Shown here in pieces: positions 35,316 through 38,873 of a DNA stretch of 38,873 nucleotides; within the stretch, counting starts at the first letter, position 1, and every line of letters begins with the position of its first letter. This DNA is from Spirochaetaceae bacterium (GTDB taxonomy: Bacteria; Spirochaetota; Spirochaetia; DSM-2461): NCBI GenBank assembly GCA_051531975.1, contig JAOPTT010000019.1, positions 1 through 38,873 of the forward strand, read 5' to 3'. The notes beneath the pieces were generated by a model, which had not been told where the DNA came from, did not search any database, and saw nothing but the letters and a program-made list of their open reading frames with translations. Made by a program: the position numbers and the translations under genes.

Positions 35316-35387
35316 GTCTTGTTCGTCTAGGGGTTAGGACACATGGTTTTCATCCATGCAACAGGGGTTCGATTCCCCTACGAGATG
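35316..35387 (+). tRNA. tRNA-Glu(TTC), copy 1
   Basis: Acceptor GTCTTGT/ACGAGAT, anticodon arm CATGG-TTTTCAT-CCATG, TTCGATT T-loop. Confidence 0.96.
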
Positions 35388-35431
35388 TTTATTGCTTTAT
35401 TATTTAAAGCAAAAATTGTTTAGCCAAGGGC

Positions 35432-35460
35432 TTTACAAAACACAACGCTTTTATTATTAT
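35432..35460 (+). promoter_or_regulatory. Internal sigma70-like promoter before tRNA unit 2
   Basis: TTTACA-N17-TATTAT, in a segment present only between units 1 and 2. Confidence 0.6.
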
Positions 35461-35480
35461 TCAAGCGTAATTTAGTACTT

Positions 35481-35553
35481 GGGCCGTTAGCTCAGTAGGT
35501 AGAGCAACGCCCTTTTAAGGCGTGGGTCGTTGGTTCGAATCCAACACGGCTCA
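35481..35553 (+). tRNA. tRNA-Lys(TTT), copy 2
   Basis: Identical to copy 1. Confidence 0.97.
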
Positions 35554-35619
35554 ATAAGGAAGAATTGTAATTCTTCCTCGAGAAGAGTTTACTCTTTTTT
35601 TGGTTTTATCCAAGTACAA

Positions 35620-35691
35620 GTCTTGTTCGTCTAGGGGTTAGGACACATGGTTTTCATCCATGCAACAGGGGTTCGATTCCCCTACGAGATG
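35620..35691 (+). tRNA. tRNA-Glu(TTC), copy 2
   Basis: Identical to copy 1. Confidence 0.96.
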
Positions 35692-35728
35692 TAAAATGCT
35701 TTATTTTATTAAAGCGAAATTATGACCC

Positions 35729-35801
35729 GGGCCGTTAGCTCAGTAGGTAGAGCAACGCCCTTTTAAGGCGTGGGTCGTTGGTTCGAATCCAACACGGCTC
35801 A
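35729..35801 (+). tRNA. tRNA-Lys(TTT), copy 3
   Basis: Identical to copy 1. Confidence 0.97.
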
Positions 35802-35870
35802 ATAAGGAAGAATTACAATTCTTCCCCGGGAAGATTATTTAATCTTCTTTTGAAGTTTACTTCAAAGTAA

Positions 35871-35942
35871 GTCTTGTTCGTCTAGGGGTTAGGACACATG
35901 GTTTTCATCCATGCAACAGGGGTTCGATTCCCCTACGAGATG
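35871..35942 (+). tRNA. tRNA-Glu(TTC), copy 3
   Basis: Identical to copy 1. Confidence 0.96.
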
Positions 35943-35945
35943 TTT

Positions 35946-35979
35946 AAAAGCAGATAATTTAATTATCTGCTTTTTTTTT
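35946..35979 (+). terminator. Intrinsic terminator of the tRNA cluster
   Basis: GCAGATAAT-TTA-ATTATCTGC followed by T9. Confidence 0.92.
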
Positions 35980-36025
35980 GCCCAAAATTATAATATATTT
36001 AATGTAGTTATGAGAGGTTTTTTGT

Positions 36026-37090
36026 ATGTCCAATAAAATTATTTTAAAAGCAGATGCGTTAGATGGGTTTCTTACAGATCAAGATCAAGTTTATTTAGAT
36101 GAAATGAGTAGTTTATATGATGAAGCTATGGAATGTTATAGTGTCTTAGAGATAAATGACTCCACTTCTGCTATTTATTTAGATACTAAAGATAAAATTG
36201 TTAAGCTCTATCAAGAGATGGGTGAGTTGATGAAGACTATATCATCAAAAGAAGAAAATCTAAAAATATATGCATTCGAGACACATCAAACTAAACATGG
36301 AGAGGCATCAAGGCTTATCGCTAAATTAAGAGATGAAAAAACAGGTCATGAAGAGTTTGTATATTATATTCAAAGAGCTTTTGAGTTACTGTTTAATCTC
36401 GTTTATAGCGAAGAGAGTGGATCTAAAAACTATTTAGTTGTTAAGACTCCTGTTACTCATCCTGTACAGAATTTCGCAGTACACAAAATTCCAGATGTTG
36501 ATAATGTTATAGGTAATACAGTTATGTGTGTAATGTTAAGGGGTGCACTGTTGCCTTCAATGATAATGAGTAAAGAGATTCAGGAATATTCATCTACAGG
36601 TTATGTAACACCATTTGCTCTGTTTAAGATAAAAAGAGATGACTCTAAAAATGAAACTGATATGGAATATTTACTAGATTTAGATAAATCATATTTTAAT
36701 ATTGATGAGATGCAAGATAAAGATCTTATTTTTGCTGATCCTATGAATGCTACCGGTGGTAGTATGGTTACTGTTGTAAAATATCTATTAGATAGTGGTG
36801 TAAAGCCACGATCAATTAAATTTATAAATGTCGTTTCGAGTTTAAAAGGGGCATTACAGATATTAAGGGCGTTGGATAATATTACATGTTATACATTATG
36901 GATGGATCCAGTATTAAACGATAAGGCTTATATTATGCCTGGTTTAGGTGATGCTGGTGATAGACTTAATGGTGAAGACGAAGATATGTATCCAAGAAAT
37001 ATGATTCAGCTAGTTGCTGATTATGGCTCAAATATTTCAGCTTTATATAGGTCTCAGGTTAGGAAAATTGAAAAAACAATCCTGGGGTAA
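36026..37090 (+). CDS. upp: Uracil phosphoribosyltransferase, long form
   Basis: LRD, MLRGAL, PRPP loop ADPMNATGGS, uracil pocket YIMPGLGDAGDR. N-terminal extension. Confidence 0.9.
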   Translation: MSNKIILKADALDGFLTDQDQVYLDEMSSLYDEAMECYSVLEINDSTSAIYLDTKDKIVKLYQEMGELMKTISSKEENLKIYAFETHQTKHGEASRLIAKLRDEKTGHEEFVYYIQRAFELLFNLVYSEESGSKNYLVVKTPVTHPVQNFAVHKIPDVDNVIGNTVMCVMLRGALLPSMIMSKEIQEYSSTGYVTPFALFKIKRDDSKNETDMEYLLDLDKSYFNIDEMQDKDLIFADPMNATGGSMVTVVKYLLDSGVKPRSIKFINVVSSLKGALQILRALDNITCYTLWMDPVLNDKAYIMPGLGDAGDRLNGEDEDMYPRNMIQLVADYGSNISALYRSQVRKIEKTILG

Positions 37091-37976
37091 ACTATCATTT
37101 GCTTCTATTATACTTATATTTCTCCTAAGTTCTTGTGTTACAGATAATAGTATTGAAGAGCTATCTTCTGAATATTTTAATGTAGGTAACGCTTTCTTAG
37201 AACTTGGGGATTTAGAGCAATCAAAAAAATATTATTTTAAGTCACTGTCTATAAACCCTGATTTTCATAAATCTAGATTTAATTTGGTTGAGGTTTTAAT
37301 TGGTTTGTCAGAGTTTGCAAGTGCCAAAGAAAATATTGACTATTTAATTTCTAAAGATTTTTCAAATAATAAGCTGAAGCAGCAATTAGCCTTTCTATAT
37401 TATTCCGAAGGTCTGTTACGAGAATCCATAGAAGAATATCTAGAATTATATTCAACAGGATATACCTCAGGCGATGTTAAAAAAAATATTGTTAAGCTTT
37501 ATTATCAATTGGAAGAGTTTGAGTTCGCTCTTCAGTTTATTGATTTGATGTTATTAGATAATGAAGATTCTGAAATTTATTTTATAGGTGGTTTAACTGC
37601 TGAGTCTTTAGGGGATTCTTTATTAGCAATTTCTTTTTTTGAAAGAAGTTACAATAAGGGGTTTAAGGATCTTATACTGTTGGAGCATTTAGCAGATTTG
37701 TATTATTCTGTGACCGATGCTGAGAATTTTAAAAATACACTTGAACTGATAATTCTTTCCGGTGATGATGCTAGAAAATCCGAAGCATATTTTGAATTAG
37801 CTAAGGTCTCTCTTTTATGGGATAATAATTTTAGTAAAGGTTTTGGTTATTTAGAGAAAGCCGTAAGTTATGGGTATAATAACAAAGATAATGTTTTAGA
37901 ATTGTTAGAACAACCTAATCTTATAGAAGTTGATAAGATTAGGCTATTTTTTGAACAAAATGAAATATTAAATTAA
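37068..37976 (+). CDS. TPR lipoprotein (likely TTG start at 37068)
   Basis: MKKQSWGKLSFASIILIFLLSSC lipobox. TPR units (YFNVGNAFLELG, AYFELAK). Confidence 0.8.
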   Translation: MKKQSWGKLSFASIILIFLLSSCVTDNSIEELSSEYFNVGNAFLELGDLEQSKKYYFKSLSINPDFHKSRFNLVEVLIGLSEFASAKENIDYLISKDFSNNKLKQQLAFLYYSEGLLRESIEEYLELYSTGYTSGDVKKNIVKLYYQLEEFEFALQFIDLMLLDNEDSEIYFIGGLTAESLGDSLLAISFFERSYNKGFKDLILLEHLADLYYSVTDAENFKNTLELIILSGDDARKSEAYFELAKVSLLWDNNFSKGFGYLEKAVSYGYNNKDNVLELLEQPNLIEVDKIRLFFEQNEILN

Positions 37977-38602
37977 TTTTTAAGAATATTTAGAACTGCT
38001 TCTAAAACTTTAGTAGGCTTTGGAGCTGCATCTATAGGGCGTAATACATTTAAGTTTTTGTAGTATTCTTTTAGAGGTTCAGTTTGTGAATAATAAACTT
38101 CTAGTCTATTCTTTATAGAATCTAACTGATCATCTTTTCTTGTATATAATTCACCACCACAATCGTCGCAAATATCTTCTTTCTGTGGAGGTACAAAAAG
38201 TATATGGAAACTATTACCACAGTTTTTACAAACTCTTCGTCCAGATAGTCTTTTTATTAACTCTTCATCATTTAAGCTTAGGTCAATAACTGTATCTACA
38301 TTAGAAAATTCCCCAAGAGCTTCTGCTTGCTTTGGTGTTCTAGGAAATCCATCTAGTATATAACCATCTTTAGTGTCTTTCTCTTCTAATCTTCTTTTAA
38401 CGACTTCGATTGTAACTTCATCTGGGACAAGGTCTCCAGCTTCTATTATAGATTTAATCTTTAATCCTAAATCGTTTTCCGCCTTAATGGCTGCTCTAAA
38501 AAGATCTCCAGTTGAAATATGAGGTATTTCTAACTCTTTTGTGATTTTTGACGCAATAGTCCCCTTTCCAGATCCTGGAGGTCCTAAGAATATAACGTTC
38601 AT
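37973..38602 (-). CDS. adk: Adenylate kinase (zinc-lid type)
   Basis: GPPGSGKGT, HISTGDLFR, LDGFPR, CKNC...CDDC lid, RKDD. Confidence 0.98.
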   Translation of the reverse strand: MNVIFLGPPGSGKGTIASKITKELEIPHISTGDLFRAAIKAENDLGLKIKSIIEAGDLVPDEVTIEVVKRRLEEKDTKDGYILDGFPRTPKQAEALGEFSNVDTVIDLSLNDEELIKRLSGRRVCKNCGNSFHILFVPPQKEDICDDCGGELYTRKDDQLDSIKNRLEVYYSQTEPLKEYYKNLNVLRPIDAAPKPTKVLEAVLNILKN

Positions 38603-38710
38603 TTATGCTCCTTATTTATATTATTGTAGAAAATCTTCTAGCTTGCGTAATAATATTTAATTAGGCCTGTACAGTCAATTCATAAAGAAGGAACTTCGTG
38701 GAATTACTGT

Positions 38711-38738
38711 ATTATAAAATTATATTTTATTTTTTCAA
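38711..38738 (-). promoter_or_regulatory. Putative adk promoter
   Basis: Minus strand: TTGAAA-N16-TATAAT. Confidence 0.5.
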
Positions 38739-38745
38739 AATACAA

Positions 38746-38774
38746 TTGACAAAAATATCTCCAATTGCTATATT
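38746..38774 (+). promoter_or_regulatory. Strong sigma70 promoter for a transcript leaving the window
   Basis: TTGACA-N17-TATATT with an extended -10 (TG at 38766-38767). Confidence 0.8.
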
Positions 38775-38873
38775 CATCGAGCATCACAGGAACAAGTCGT
38801 AACGATTTAATCTTGTAGCAAAAAAAGCCAAGTGTTAATTTATTAACTCTCGGTATTAACAACAGTAATAGAG

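Noticed and set aside
35174..35942. Long identical repeats with variable spacers as a CRISPR-like array or integration scar
   Set aside because: The repeats are complete tRNA genes. No integrase or partial att duplicate is present.
26459..35965. Both terminators share the apex TAATTTAATTA
   Set aside because: Two instances of an all-AT near-palindrome are too weak to call a repeat family.
37014..37067. ORF-track start for the TPR lipoprotein
   Set aside because: TTG 37068 gives a normal-length lipoprotein signal peptide.
38794..38803. AAGTCGTAAC resembles the conserved 3' region of 16S rRNA
   Set aside because: Only 10 nt match, and the flanks are unlike rRNA.

Overview
AT-rich bacterial chromosomal window, most likely from a free-living spirochaete. 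This is inferred from gene order (fliS-orf-polA-coaE-SPOR; comEC-rsmA near pta), a long-form upp, and many lipoproteins and TPR proteins. Most of the window is housekeeping: two aldo/keto reductases, PIN-PhoH, polA, coaE, cysE, KamA-family, NUDIX, dnaE, rsmA, dapA, dapB, pta, tyrA, bactofilin, upp, adk, and six tRNA genes arranged as (Lys-Glu)x3. No mobile element or CRISPR array is visible. Five things stand out. (1) A four-gene operon at 31075-35123 with two lipoprotein + FadL/TraF-like beta-barrel pairs; the lipoproteins are extremely acidic and share an F-T-[TS]-N-x-F-x-x-L-like motif right after the lipid cysteine. (2) A xanthine/CO-dehydrogenase-like L-S-M trio upstream of dnaE whose Mo-site motifs, including the catalytic Glu, are eroded while the FAD and 2Fe-2S motifs remain. 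(3) A three-hairpin, tRNA-sized spacer, conserved in structure, between every tRNA-Lys and tRNA-Glu. (4) Sigma28-like promoters before fliS and before both SPOR genes. (5) A recurring leaderless-gene promoter architecture. All calls are by eye from motifs; no database search was run.
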